DNA of 64,000 nucleotides, taken from contig JAFSIZ010000050.1 in the NCBI GenBank assembly GCA_017439555.1, positions 439 to 64,438 on the forward strand, written 5' to 3'. Each line of letters opens with the position of its first letter. Position 1 is the stretch's first letter. The translations under genes were made by a program, and so were the position numbers. The notes under the pieces are model-generated. The model was given only the letters and a program-made list of their open reading frames with translations, did not search any database and was not told where the DNA came from. This DNA is from Oscillospiraceae bacterium (GTDB taxonomy: Bacteria; Bacillota; Clostridia; Oscillospirales; JAAYXM01). This document shows, one piece after another, positions 26,610-36,468 of the stretch.

Positions 26610-29600
26610 ATGAAAAAGCGTATATTATCACTTTTACTCGCAATCTGCATGACGGTGTCTTTGATTCCGAGCATTTCTGCCGAAGTAGTAGCAGATGACA
26701 CTCGAGAAACACTTACATATCTCATAAACAGCGATTCTTTCGCAGTTGCTTATAACGACCTGAGATATGTTGATGCACACATTGCATATGATGACGGTTG
26801 GCTTGCAACAACTCCGAATATGGATACAGGTATGAACTTTGTTACCTGTATTTCATGGAAAAAGCAGCTCACCAAAAAGTATGACGGTAGCGGAATTGTC
26901 ACCTGCGACCCATACACGGTGCTTGATCTTAATAAGACGTCACCTTATCAGATTGAAAACCATATCCACAACGGACCTTCTGTTGGAATGAACATGGATA
27001 ACTACGCACTTTATGCAACACTCAAGTCGAGTTATTACGGAAAGGCAAATCCTGCAGATCGTCCGTATCTTGCAGTAAGAATCAGTGTTCCTGCAGCGGG
27101 AAAATATAGAATCGCAACCTGGTCAAAATACAGCCAGATAGCAGGTTATGGCAACACTAAATACGGCTCTGCAATGAAGGTTTACTTTGGTAAAGCTCCC
27201 GCAGACCCCGATTCATCGGTAACAAACCTCAAGGAATATGTAAGCTCAAATATCAATGCAAATCTCGGAAGCTATAATTTTATCGGTTGGCACGACACTT
27301 CAAATGACGGTTCCGCAACCCCGGGCGAATATATAGCATTTGAGCCGAAGGAAACAGATTCCGATATCATCGAGGTTCCGTCTGCAGGCGAATACTATAT
27401 TGTATTTATGGCAGACAGTGACAGTCTCACACGAAATCCGAATAAAAACAGCGACTCATATCAGACTCAATGGTTTGCGCTTTCGGGAATCAAGCTCTCT
27501 CCGGTAAAAGATAAGCCGGAGGCTCCCGTTGTCCCCGAAGAGCCGAGTTATCCCGAGGATGAAGCGGCGCCGACCAATACTGACGATAAATATGTATTCA
27601 ATGCCGCATCTCATAATTACTACGCATTGACAAACACCTTCTTCGCCGAGAACGGCGGCTACAGCTCCTGCATCACCCTTGCGGATACAAACACAAAAAT
27701 ATCAAGCAGATGGGCAGTTGTCAACCAGGCATCAGGCTCTGACAACAAGCTTGATATAAATAACTATCATTGGACGGTAAACGTTCCCGATACTGCAACT
27801 CCTGATTATAACGGAACGGCAGGCACTGTAAGAACGGTTGTCTTTGAGCTCCGCACAACGAAAGAAGGCTCATTCACGCCTACACTTACGTTCCAGACAG
27901 AGAATTCGGGCGCAAAATACGATGTATATCTCATAGAAAAGCCTGAAATTCCGTGGCAGGCAAACGTATATGTTCCTTATGGAGATGCGGCAATAAGAAA
28001 CAACGTCGCGGCGCTCCCTGCATCTGCAAAGATAGGAAACTTTGATGCATATGGCTCGGGTGAGTCAAAGACAGTAACCTTTGATAAGGTTAGCGTCAAA
28101 GCAAAGAGCAACTATTATCTTATCTTCAATCTCAACGGTGCAAATGCAAAGTGGAAACGTGACATTCATTCAACAAAAAGCAGATATTTTGCGACTCTCA
28201 AGCCGCAGTCTTTCGCTTTTGCATCTTCTGCACAGACTCCGGAGCCTATAGTGTACGAAATCAATCCTTCCTCATATAACACAGAGGTTCAGGATAAATA
28301 TTTCAAGCTTCAGGCATCAACTGCTTCTGTTCAGGGTGATTTGATTGACAACTGTGAGCTTCCCTATGTAACCTGGAGAACAAAGCTTTCGGGTGTCGCT
28401 CCTCTTGTTGACCTTTCAAAGACAGAAGGCTATGAGCTTCTCGGAAGAGTTTCTCTTGATAACAGCCCTGCGGTTAACGCAAAAGGATACCAGACTCAGA
28501 TTAGAATTGCGAGCGATGCGGCCGGAAACTATTATGAAAATCCGAACTATGCCGCTCATCCGTGGACAGGTGTCAGAATCAATGTGCCGCGTGGCGGAAG
28601 ATATAAGCTTTCAATCAAAAATGCCTATACTTTCGATGATCCGGTTGTCAAGGGCGTTGTAAGCCTCGGAACACAGAAGAACGGCGCGGTCAAAGGTGAG
28701 TTTGACAAGGGCGCTGTTGCAAAGGTATATTTCGGAAACAATCTCCTTTCGGTAACAAACACAAGCAGCGGAACTGTCAATGAAGAAGCAAAAATCGGAG
28801 ACCTTATTGCAGTTTCCGATGTTGTCGGCTTCTATGATGTCAACAAGCTTGCAACAGACGAAAATACTCCATATATAACGGATGTCGGTTACATCGATGT
28901 TCCGAAGGCAGGCGAGTATTATGTTCTTTTCGATATAGATAAGGATTCAATCGAAAAGAATCCCAAGTGCTGGTACAGAAGCAGCGCAGATTTCCAGATG
29001 TTCCTCCTCTCGGGAATCACGCTCACTCCCGTTGCAGAGGATGAGGTAAGTAACCTCCGCGTTGACCTTACCGGAACAAACCATCTTATCACGGACAGCT
29101 CAAAGCCGAGTACATGGTCTACTTATGGTTGGGAGCTTGTTCCCGGAAAGACTGCTGATGTTGTCGGCAGAAGGCTCGGAGGAGCGCTTCCCAATAAGCT
29201 TGTTCAGATATTCCTCCAGCTCCAGAACTATGGCGGTCTCTGGAAGGATTCTCCTGCAAGCCAGGCTACCATGTTCACATTCACAAAGTATTTCCCCAAG
29301 GCAGGCTACTACAGCATTGAGACTCTCGGATATAAGGTCTCAATAGCAAGTGATGCCGCAATATACGTAAACGGCGAATATGTCGGCGACTATAACTATT
29401 ATGAGGCTGATGCAAGCTATGCTATCGGCGAAAGAAAGGCTCTCAACACAATCTATATCCCCGAAGGCGATGTTGAAATTTCTCTCCGTAACCGTGTAAA
29501 GAACCACAGCTACGGTCTCTTCTATCCGATGTGGATGGAATTTTCTCCGTCGGAAAAGCCTGCAATCGAAAAGGTGGAACACGATCTTGAAGGCCGTAAG

Positions 29601-32600
29601 GTTGTTGTCGGAACAACGGAAAGCGTTTCCGCAAAGGTTCTTATGAGCGACGGAAGATACCAAGGTTTCGGCCTTGCGGATAATGGCTCTGCCGATGCAA
29701 AGAATACAATCACGGTGACATCGCTTGATGAAAGCATAGCTTCTGTCTCAAATGTCACATATGCGGTTCCGGAAACCGAAAGTGATATTCTGATTGATCT
29801 GTCGGCAAACAAGGTAGGGCAGACGAGCCTTAAGGTTGCGGTCACGATAGACGGACTTGAAACCTACACGGAAACCATCCCCGTTAAGATCCTCCCCGTT
29901 CCCGAAATCGAAAAAGTCGAGTTTGAGGCGGAAAAGGATGAACTTCCCGCAACAAGAACCTCCAAGACCTCGTATAAGCTCATAAGCAATATCGGCGAGG
30001 AATGGACAGAGGAGACGGAAATCACCTATGAAAGCGATGATACGGCTGTTGCGGAAGTATCTGCAGACGGCGTGATAACAGGTGTTTCGGAAGGTGTTGC
30101 TGTGATAACGATCAAGGCAACATCAAAAGGAAAGACTGTTACCGCTTCCGTTACGGTTGAAGTTTTGCCTGAACCCGTCCTTGAAACACTCGTTCTTTCG
30201 TCGGATAAGGTTGTCCTTCTTCCCGGAGATTCGGCACAGGTATCTGTTGAGGGTTCGATGAGCGATCAGATTGCGGCGGATATGAGCAAGTATACGATAA
30301 AGTATAAGAGCTCAAATCCTGCGGCTGCAACCGTTGATGAAGCTACAGGTGCGATTACGGCGCTTGCGGCAGGTATGACTGTTATCAGCGTTGAAGCAAA
30401 GAACGAAGATGATGTCAAGGTTGTCGGAAAGACCAATATCACGGTTTATGATTCATACCCCAGCTTCACGGTTGATATAACAGATGCAGAGTTTCAGGGC
30501 GGAACTTGTCCTGCACCTCTCAAGACAAACGGCTATAAGATTGTCTATGAAGAATCCGACACAACCTACTGGAGACCCTGGAAACTTGAAGATACAGGTC
30601 TTATGGTTGCATATATCGGTGTCAACGGCGGTGCGTGGCCTGCAACTTCAAAGATTTCAAACAATGCAATAACGCTTCTTGTTGACGTGCCTTATGAAAA
30701 CGACTTCAACATAAAGCTTCACGGCGGAAAGTGGTACGCCGGCGGAGTATTCTCCGTGTTCATTGATGATCAGTATCTCGGAGATTATAATTTCTATGAT
30801 CCGGCAATCGAGCGTATGACAGATGCCGGTGAAAAATCCATGAATACTGTTCACCTCACTGCAGGAGAGCATAAAATCTCCTTCAGAACAAGAATCAAAT
30901 ACCGCTACAACTCCATGGTAACCCTCGGCACAATCAAGTTTGACCCCGTTGCGGCTTCAGGAACAACATATAAGCAGATGTCTTATGAAATTCCGTCGGA
31001 AATTGCAATCGGCGAAAAGATTGAAGCAAGCGTGTTTGCTGAGATGACAGACGGAAGCGCTCTCCATTTCGGTATCAAAAACGACGGAAGCGCAGATACG
31101 GAGAATTCCGCAAGTGCTGTGTCTCTCAATTCCGATCTTCTTTCGGTTTCGGATTTCACAAGCTACACGATCGGTAAGACAGGAAAGCTTCCCTTCACAT
31201 TGACGGGTGTCAAAGCAGGCGATGCTGAGATAAAGCTTGGCGTTAATGTCGGCGGCGTTCCTGCAGAAGAGATTGTCAAAGTTAAGGTTGTGAATGACCC
31301 GATAGCATCCGTTAAGGCAGGAACTGTTGCAGAGGAAGTCTTCCTCGGCGATATTGCAGTTCTCGAAGGCGAAGTAAAGCTTGCAAGCGGAAGAATTCTC
31401 GGAAAAGACAACACGAACATAACCTATAAATCTTCCGATGAAAGCGTCGCAACGGTTTCGGGAAATCTTCTCACAACCGTAGCACTCGGAAAAACAACAA
31501 TTACCGCAACCGCTGTCTTCAACGGCGTTGAGAAGTCCTGCGACTTTATAGTCGAAGTTCTTCCCGAGGGTATGACGGATATCACCGTCACGAGCGGCGG
31601 AAGCCCGAGAATCCGTCTTACGGATGATGAAAGCGATAAATATCCGCTCTTTGTCAATGCTACAACGAATCTCGGAAACGAGCTTGATCTTTCCGATGCC
31701 GAAATAACGGCAGTTGCCCTCACTCCAGAGATTGCGGAGATGAGCTGGGAATGCTATCCCGTTCTCAACGGAACGTTTGATAACTATATCCGTCCCGTAA
31801 GCGAGGGAACGGCAAAGTTTGAAGTCACCGTCAAGGTTGACGGAAGAATAAGAACAAAGGTTGTCGAGCTTCCGGTAGTCAAGGCAAAAACCGAAGCAAG
31901 CCTTATGACAGAAGAAAAGCGCGATATTGTAAGAGAGAATATTTCGAAATACAGCTGGGCAAAGTCATCGGCTCAGGCGTATATCGACAGAGCGGACAAA
32001 TATGTTGCTCACCTTGATGAAATATATGCGCTCATCGCATCTCAGGAAGTTCCCAGAAGCTTTGCGGTAGGTGGGGAAGGCGACCCTGCAATGTATTACT
32101 GCCGCTATTGCGGAGAAAACCTCCAGCTTGAATACGGCGGCACGCCTTGGGTACACGATTCAATCAACAAACCCTGGAAGATTCAGTGCCCTGATTGTAA
32201 GAACTATTTCCCGACAAATGACTTCGAAAGCTTTTATAAGCTCGGTCTCAACGAATACGGCGAATTTATCTATCAGGATGCTCTTGCAAGACACGCAGAG
32301 CTTTTCGGAAATCCCGAAGCAACACCGGGCTCGAGAGAGTTCTATGGCTATGGTAAGGGTTATCTCAGAAATGAGCTCTACGGAAATCTTGAAAATGTCG
32401 AAACGCTCAACTGCGGACAGGGACTCCGCCCGGGTGAGAGCGCAGAGACGTGGGGCGTTGATGACGGTTATGGTTATGTGCCCTATGACGAAAACGGAGA
32501 GCCGTATAAATCCGGAACGGTTGTAGAGCGCCACACCTATATTGCAGAATTTATGCACTATGGCGTATACGGCCAGCTCAAGGCAAACGACAACGGCTCG

Positions 32601-35600
32601 GTATATTATGAGGCAGTAAGAAACTGCTCCTATGCATATTTCTACACGGGAGACAAGAAATACGGAAGAGTCGCGGCTGTTCTTATCGACAGACTTGCAG
32701 ATTTTTATCCCGGATTTGATATCTCTGTGTTCGGAGACAATGTCTGGAACTCGGACGGCGGCTCGAACAAGGGAAAACGCCTCGGATGTATCTGGGAATG
32801 CAGTATCATCGACACCGATACAGTCGGCTATGATATGGTATTTGACCTCTATGACGATCCGCAGGTCATAAAGATGATTCAGGAAAAGAAGGCGCAATAC
32901 GGAAGCCGCTATTCCAAACAGACCGGCGCACAGATTCGCCAGAACATCGAGGATAACCTCATAAGAACAGTTCTTCAAGAAGTTCGCAACCGCAAGATTT
33001 TCGGCAACTTCGGTATGTCACAGAGCTCAACTGCAAATGCGGCAATTATTCTCGATTCCTTCCCCGAAACGGCAGAGTGGATAGACTATCTCCTCGCCCC
33101 GGGCTGGGTAAACGCAGTTCCCGTTATCGGCGGCGGTGTTGACGAAGTTCTCATCGAAAAGATTTGTGCGGACGGACACAGTAACGAAGCCTCAGACTAT
33201 GGTCTTCTCTGGATGAGCGGTATGCGCCAGGTCGCAGATGCTCTTTCCGAATATAAGAAATATGAAGCGGCAAACCTCAATGCCCATCCGAAATATCAGC
33301 AGATGTATTATGCTCTCATTCCGCTCTATGCGGCAAAGAGCTATTCGCCGCAGATAGGTGACGGCGGAAACACTGCCGACCTCTCGCATTGGCTCACCTA
33401 CGGAACAGCGACAACTGCATATAAGATCACGGGAGACAAGGTGTTTGCTCAGCTTGCATATATGCTCAACGGCAATTCCACACAGAACCTTCGTTATGGA
33501 ATAACCGAGAAGGATCCTGAGCGTCTTGCAAAAGAAATTCAGGAAATTGTGGATAAGTACGGAACGGTTTCTCTTGATTCCGATATCCAGACAGGCTTCG
33601 GTTATGCAATTCTCCGCGACGGTCATTATTTTGACGGCACGGTTACAAACGAAACGGCATCCGAAACAACGAGAAACGTGTGGATGTATTTCGGAAGCAA
33701 CGGCGGTCACGGCCATAAGGATTCCTTGAACCTCGGTATGACGGCATTCGGTCTCAACTTCCTGCCCGAGCTCGGATATCCGGAGAACACGGGAAGTGAT
33801 CCGAACCGCGTACAGTGGGTAAACAACACGATTTCCCATAACACGGTTGTTGTCAATGAAAAGAGACAGGATGAGGAAGTCGAAGTTCGCGGCAAAGTCA
33901 AGCATTTTGACGATGCAGGTCAGGTTCAGGTTCTTGATGTTGAGAGAAATGAAGTATACCCGGATGCGGATATTTATCGCAGAAGCGTTGTTATGATAAA
34001 TATCGACGACGCAAATTCCTATTATGTCGACTTGTTCCGTGTACTCGGCGGTGATAGCCATATCTACAGCTTCCATGCACAGAGTAACGAAATTGCGGAA
34101 ACTGCAGGTCTCGAGCTTATTCCGCAGGTAGATGAGAACGGAAACTATAAGGGAACATATGCGGGAATTGACAGTGAATACGGAAATGACCCGAAGACGA
34201 ATCCGAATTCATGGAATTATGAGACTATGTACCCGATGGGCTATACGTGGCTTGAAAATGTAGACCGCGATGAAAATCCGGATGAGAAGTTTGAGATTGA
34301 CTTCGCAATCAAGGATTTCACCAAAGCAATCAAGGATTCAAAGAATCTTCGTCTCAGAATGACGATGCTCAACGGCGCAAACATCCGCGACGGCGCAACT
34401 TCAAATGTTGCAATAATGGACGGTTATGCTCCGCGTATGGCACAGAACAAGAATATCGATAAGCTCAAATATGTCCTTATTGAAAACGAAAATAAGGACG
34501 GAGCTCTTGACACGGTATTCACAACGGTTCTCGAACCGTATAAGGGAGAAAGAACGATCAAGTCAGTTGAAGAGCTTGAAACCGAGATTGCAAGCGGCAA
34601 GGAAAAGAAGAAAGATGCTTCCCGAGCAGTCAAGGTCACACTTGCAAGCGGCAGGGTTGACTATATCTTCTATGCAACAAACAATGCAGTTACCTACAAG
34701 GTAACCGATGGCGAACTTGAGCTTTCCTTCCGCGGATTTGTCGGCGTATATTCCCTCAGCAATGGAAATAACACATATAAATATGTCATCGACGGCGATA
34801 TCATCGGTGAAGCTGTGGAGACAAAGGCTGCAATTGTCGGAACTGTCAGAAACTTCACAAAAGAGCTTTCTGCAGAAAATACGATAGAGATTTCAACGGA
34901 AGAAGCAGTAAGCGATGAAGAGCTCGCATCTCTTGCAAACCGCGTTGTTATCATCGACAATGAGTCGGGAATGCGCGACGGAGCATATAAGATTCTCTCC
35001 GCAGAGCGCAACGGCGAAAACATCGTTCTCAACACGGGCAGAGTATCGATGATAAGAAAGTATGTCGATATGTACAAGCCGGAGCTTGGCTATGTATATA
35101 CAATAGCTGCAGGTCAGGAAGTAACTATTCCGTTGTCGATGAGTGATGACCACGCACCTGTATTCGATGCTGTTGCGGATAATCTTTCGACGAGTGCCGG
35201 AAGCGTTATAAGTGTAGACCTCAATGCGGTAAGTGATATCGAAGGTGTAGATGTAAGCTACAGTGAGGAAAGCTTGCCGAGAGGTGCAACTATAGACGAA
35301 AACACAGGTGTGCTCACATGGAAGCCGACAGCTTCGCAGGTTGGTAACAACCATATTGCAGTAAACGCAACCGATTCAGACGGCAGACGCAGCACAGTTC
35401 ACTTCATAATTGCTGTCTATGGTTCAACAACAGGTGCAGGCTCACAGACACCGAGTGCACCTTCGACTCCGAGTGAGCCTTCAACCCCGTCAATACCCTC
35501 AACACCGAGCACTCCGGGTGGTTCCGGCGGTGCAGGCGGCGGTGGCGGCGGTGGAGCTGCTCCGGCTCCGTCAACACCGTCAGACGACAAGACGGATGTA

Positions 35601-36203
35601 GGGACCGATCTCCCGGGCGGTCCGTCAAATGACGACGGCACAACCTCAGGTGATGATGCAAAAGTGCGTTTTGTTGACCTTGGCGCTCACGCATGGGCGG
35701 CAGATGCAATCAATGCTCTTGCTGATGAAGGAATAATAAAGGGCACAAGCGAGAACACATTCTCACCTGCTGCAAACATCACGAGAGCTGACTTTGCGCT
35801 TCTCCTTGTCCGCGCTTTCAAATTGACAAGCGAGAATACAGAGAACTTCGCAGATGTAGCGGCTTCCGACTACTTTGCAGCTGAGCTTGCGATTGCAAGA
35901 AATACAGGTATTGTAAACGGCATTGGCGATAATAAGTTTGCGCCGAGAAATACAATCACACGTCAGGATATGATGACGATTGTATACAGAGCACTCACGG
36001 CACTTGAGGTTGAACTTGAGACGGGGGATGTTGTATATCCTGATTTTGAAGCTGTTGCAGAATATGCAAAGGATTCAGTCAAGGCGCTCATTGCAAGCGG
36101 CCTTGTAAACGGAAAGAGCGGCAAGATTGCTCCGACTGATTACACAACACGCGCTGAAGTCGCAGTTCTCATAAAGAGAATTCTCGTCTATACACAGAGA
36201 TAG
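26610..36203 (+). CDS. 3197-aa SLH-anchored multimodular protein with heparinase II/III-like polysaccharide lyase domain
   Basis: Signal peptide; CBM-like modules; several Big_2 domains (YESDDTAVAEVSADG, YKSSNPAAATVD); GHGHKD..PELGYP..ISHNTVVVN Hepar_II_III motif; He_PIG-like LPRGATIDENTGVLTWKP; PST/G linker; three SLH repeats (ITRADF, ITRQDM, TTRAEV). Confidence 0.85.
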   Translation: MKKRILSLLLAICMTVSLIPSISAEVVADDTRETLTYLINSDSFAVAYNDLRYVDAHIAYDDGWLATTPNMDTGMNFVTCISWKKQLTKKYDGSGIVTCDPYTVLDLNKTSPYQIENHIHNGPSVGMNMDNYALYATLKSSYYGKANPADRPYLAVRISVPAAGKYRIATWSKYSQIAGYGNTKYGSAMKVYFGKAPADPDSSVTNLKEYVSSNINANLGSYNFIGWHDTSNDGSATPGEYIAFEPKETDSDIIEVPSAGEYYIVFMADSDSLTRNPNKNSDSYQTQWFALSGIKLSPVKDKPEAPVVPEEPSYPEDEAAPTNTDDKYVFNAASHNYYALTNTFFAENGGYSSCITLADTNTKISSRWAVVNQASGSDNKLDINNYHWTVNVPDTATPDYNGTAGTVRTVVFELRTTKEGSFTPTLTFQTENSGAKYDVYLIEKPEIPWQANVYVPYGDAAIRNNVAALPASAKIGNFDAYGSGESKTVTFDKVSVKAKSNYYLIFNLNGANAKWKRDIHSTKSRYFATLKPQSFAFASSAQTPEPIVYEINPSSYNTEVQDKYFKLQASTASVQGDLIDNCELPYVTWRTKLSGVAPLVDLSKTEGYELLGRVSLDNSPAVNAKGYQTQIRIASDAAGNYYENPNYAAHPWTGVRINVPRGGRYKLSIKNAYTFDDPVVKGVVSLGTQKNGAVKGEFDKGAVAKVYFGNNLLSVTNTSSGTVNEEAKIGDLIAVSDVVGFYDVNKLATDENTPYITDVGYIDVPKAGEYYVLFDIDKDSIEKNPKCWYRSSADFQMFLLSGITLTPVAEDEVSNLRVDLTGTNHLITDSSKPSTWSTYGWELVPGKTADVVGRRLGGALPNKLVQIFLQLQNYGGLWKDSPASQATMFTFTKYFPKAGYYSIETLGYKVSIASDAAIYVNGEYVGDYNYYEADASYAIGERKALNTIYIPEGDVEISLRNRVKNHSYGLFYPMWMEFSPSEKPAIEKVEHDLEGRKVVVGTTESVSAKVLMSDGRYQGFGLADNGSADAKNTITVTSLDESIASVSNVTYAVPETESDILIDLSANKVGQTSLKVAVTIDGLETYTETIPVKILPVPEIEKVEFEAEKDELPATRTSKTSYKLISNIGEEWTEETEITYESDDTAVAEVSADGVITGVSEGVAVITIKATSKGKTVTASVTVEVLPEPVLETLVLSSDKVVLLPGDSAQVSVEGSMSDQIAADMSKYTIKYKSSNPAAATVDEATGAITALAAGMTVISVEAKNEDDVKVVGKTNITVYDSYPSFTVDITDAEFQGGTCPAPLKTNGYKIVYEESDTTYWRPWKLEDTGLMVAYIGVNGGAWPATSKISNNAITLLVDVPYENDFNIKLHGGKWYAGGVFSVFIDDQYLGDYNFYDPAIERMTDAGEKSMNTVHLTAGEHKISFRTRIKYRYNSMVTLGTIKFDPVAASGTTYKQMSYEIPSEIAIGEKIEASVFAEMTDGSALHFGIKNDGSADTENSASAVSLNSDLLSVSDFTSYTIGKTGKLPFTLTGVKAGDAEIKLGVNVGGVPAEEIVKVKVVNDPIASVKAGTVAEEVFLGDIAVLEGEVKLASGRILGKDNTNITYKSSDESVATVSGNLLTTVALGKTTITATAVFNGVEKSCDFIVEVLPEGMTDITVTSGGSPRIRLTDDESDKYPLFVNATTNLGNELDLSDAEITAVALTPEIAEMSWECYPVLNGTFDNYIRPVSEGTAKFEVTVKVDGRIRTKVVELPVVKAKTEASLMTEEKRDIVRENISKYSWAKSSAQAYIDRADKYVAHLDEIYALIASQEVPRSFAVGGEGDPAMYYCRYCGENLQLEYGGTPWVHDSINKPWKIQCPDCKNYFPTNDFESFYKLGLNEYGEFIYQDALARHAELFGNPEATPGSREFYGYGKGYLRNELYGNLENVETLNCGQGLRPGESAETWGVDDGYGYVPYDENGEPYKSGTVVERHTYIAEFMHYGVYGQLKANDNGSVYYEAVRNCSYAYFYTGDKKYGRVAAVLIDRLADFYPGFDISVFGDNVWNSDGGSNKGKRLGCIWECSIIDTDTVGYDMVFDLYDDPQVIKMIQEKKAQYGSRYSKQTGAQIRQNIEDNLIRTVLQEVRNRKIFGNFGMSQSSTANAAIILDSFPETAEWIDYLLAPGWVNAVPVIGGGVDEVLIEKICADGHSNEASDYGLLWMSGMRQVADALSEYKKYEAANLNAHPKYQQMYYALIPLYAAKSYSPQIGDGGNTADLSHWLTYGTATTAYKITGDKVFAQLAYMLNGNSTQNLRYGITEKDPERLAKEIQEIVDKYGTVSLDSDIQTGFGYAILRDGHYFDGTVTNETASETTRNVWMYFGSNGGHGHKDSLNLGMTAFGLNFLPELGYPENTGSDPNRVQWVNNTISHNTVVVNEKRQDEEVEVRGKVKHFDDAGQVQVLDVERNEVYPDADIYRRSVVMINIDDANSYYVDLFRVLGGDSHIYSFHAQSNEIAETAGLELIPQVDENGNYKGTYAGIDSEYGNDPKTNPNSWNYETMYPMGYTWLENVDRDENPDEKFEIDFAIKDFTKAIKDSKNLRLRMTMLNGANIRDGATSNVAIMDGYAPRMAQNKNIDKLKYVLIENENKDGALDTVFTTVLEPYKGERTIKSVEELETEIASGKEKKKDASRAVKVTLASGRVDYIFYATNNAVTYKVTDGELELSFRGFVGVYSLSNGNNTYKYVIDGDIIGEAVETKAAIVGTVRNFTKELSAENTIEISTEEAVSDEELASLANRVVIIDNESGMRDGAYKILSAERNGENIVLNTGRVSMIRKYVDMYKPELGYVYTIAAGQEVTIPLSMSDDHAPVFDAVADNLSTSAGSVISVDLNAVSDIEGVDVSYSEESLPRGATIDENTGVLTWKPTASQVGNNHIAVNATDSDGRRSTVHFIIAVYGSTTGAGSQTPSAPSTPSEPSTPSIPSTPSTPGGSGGAGGGGGGGAAPAPSTPSDDKTDVGTDLPGGPSNDDGTTSGDDAKVRFVDLGAHAWAADAINALADEGIIKGTSENTFSPAANITRADFALLLVRAFKLTSENTENFADVAASDYFAAELAIARNTGIVNGIGDNKFAPRNTITRQDMMTIVYRALTALEVELETGDVVYPDFEAVAEYAKDSVKALIASGLVNGKSGKIAPTDYTTRAEVAVLIKRILVYTQR
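35598..35624 (+). repeat. GTAG-type REP-like palindrome in frame inside the linker of the giant protein
   Basis: GTAG-GGACCG-ATCTCCCGGG-CGGTCC-G, translated as VGTDLPGGP. Confidence 0.55.
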
Positions 36204-36205
36204 CC

Positions 36206-36239
36206 AAAAACCGTTCGGGTTTTTCCCGAACGGTTTTTT
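36206..36239 (+). terminator. Intrinsic terminator
   Basis: AAAAACCGTTCGGG-TTTTT-CCCGAACGGTTTTTT. Confidence 0.88.
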
Positions 36240-36309
36240 ATATTTCAAGAAAGATGGGAAATTACAAATGTAATTTATATGTTTTTATCTATATGGAAGC
36301 TACATTCGA

Positions 36310-36428
36310 TTGACAAAAACGGCAAATAGCTATATAATAAAAACGAAAGCAAAAGAAAGTGAAACGAAAACAATCGGCAAATTTCACAACGGCTTTCGAT
36401 TGAAGATAACACAGCAATGTGATATTAT
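36310..36428 (+). promoter_or_regulatory. Tandem SigA-type promoters of the FGGY/amidase operon
   Basis: Perfect TTGACA-17-TATAAT (36310-36338) and TTGAAG-17-TATTAT (36400-36428), each preceded by TTCGA. Confidence 0.7.
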
Positions 36429-36468
36429 GAAATCTCACAGCTATTTTAATGAAAACAGAGGGAAGAAT

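Noticed and set aside
35440-35580. PST/Gly-rich low-complexity repeat
   Set aside because: Ordinary flexible linker before SLH domains
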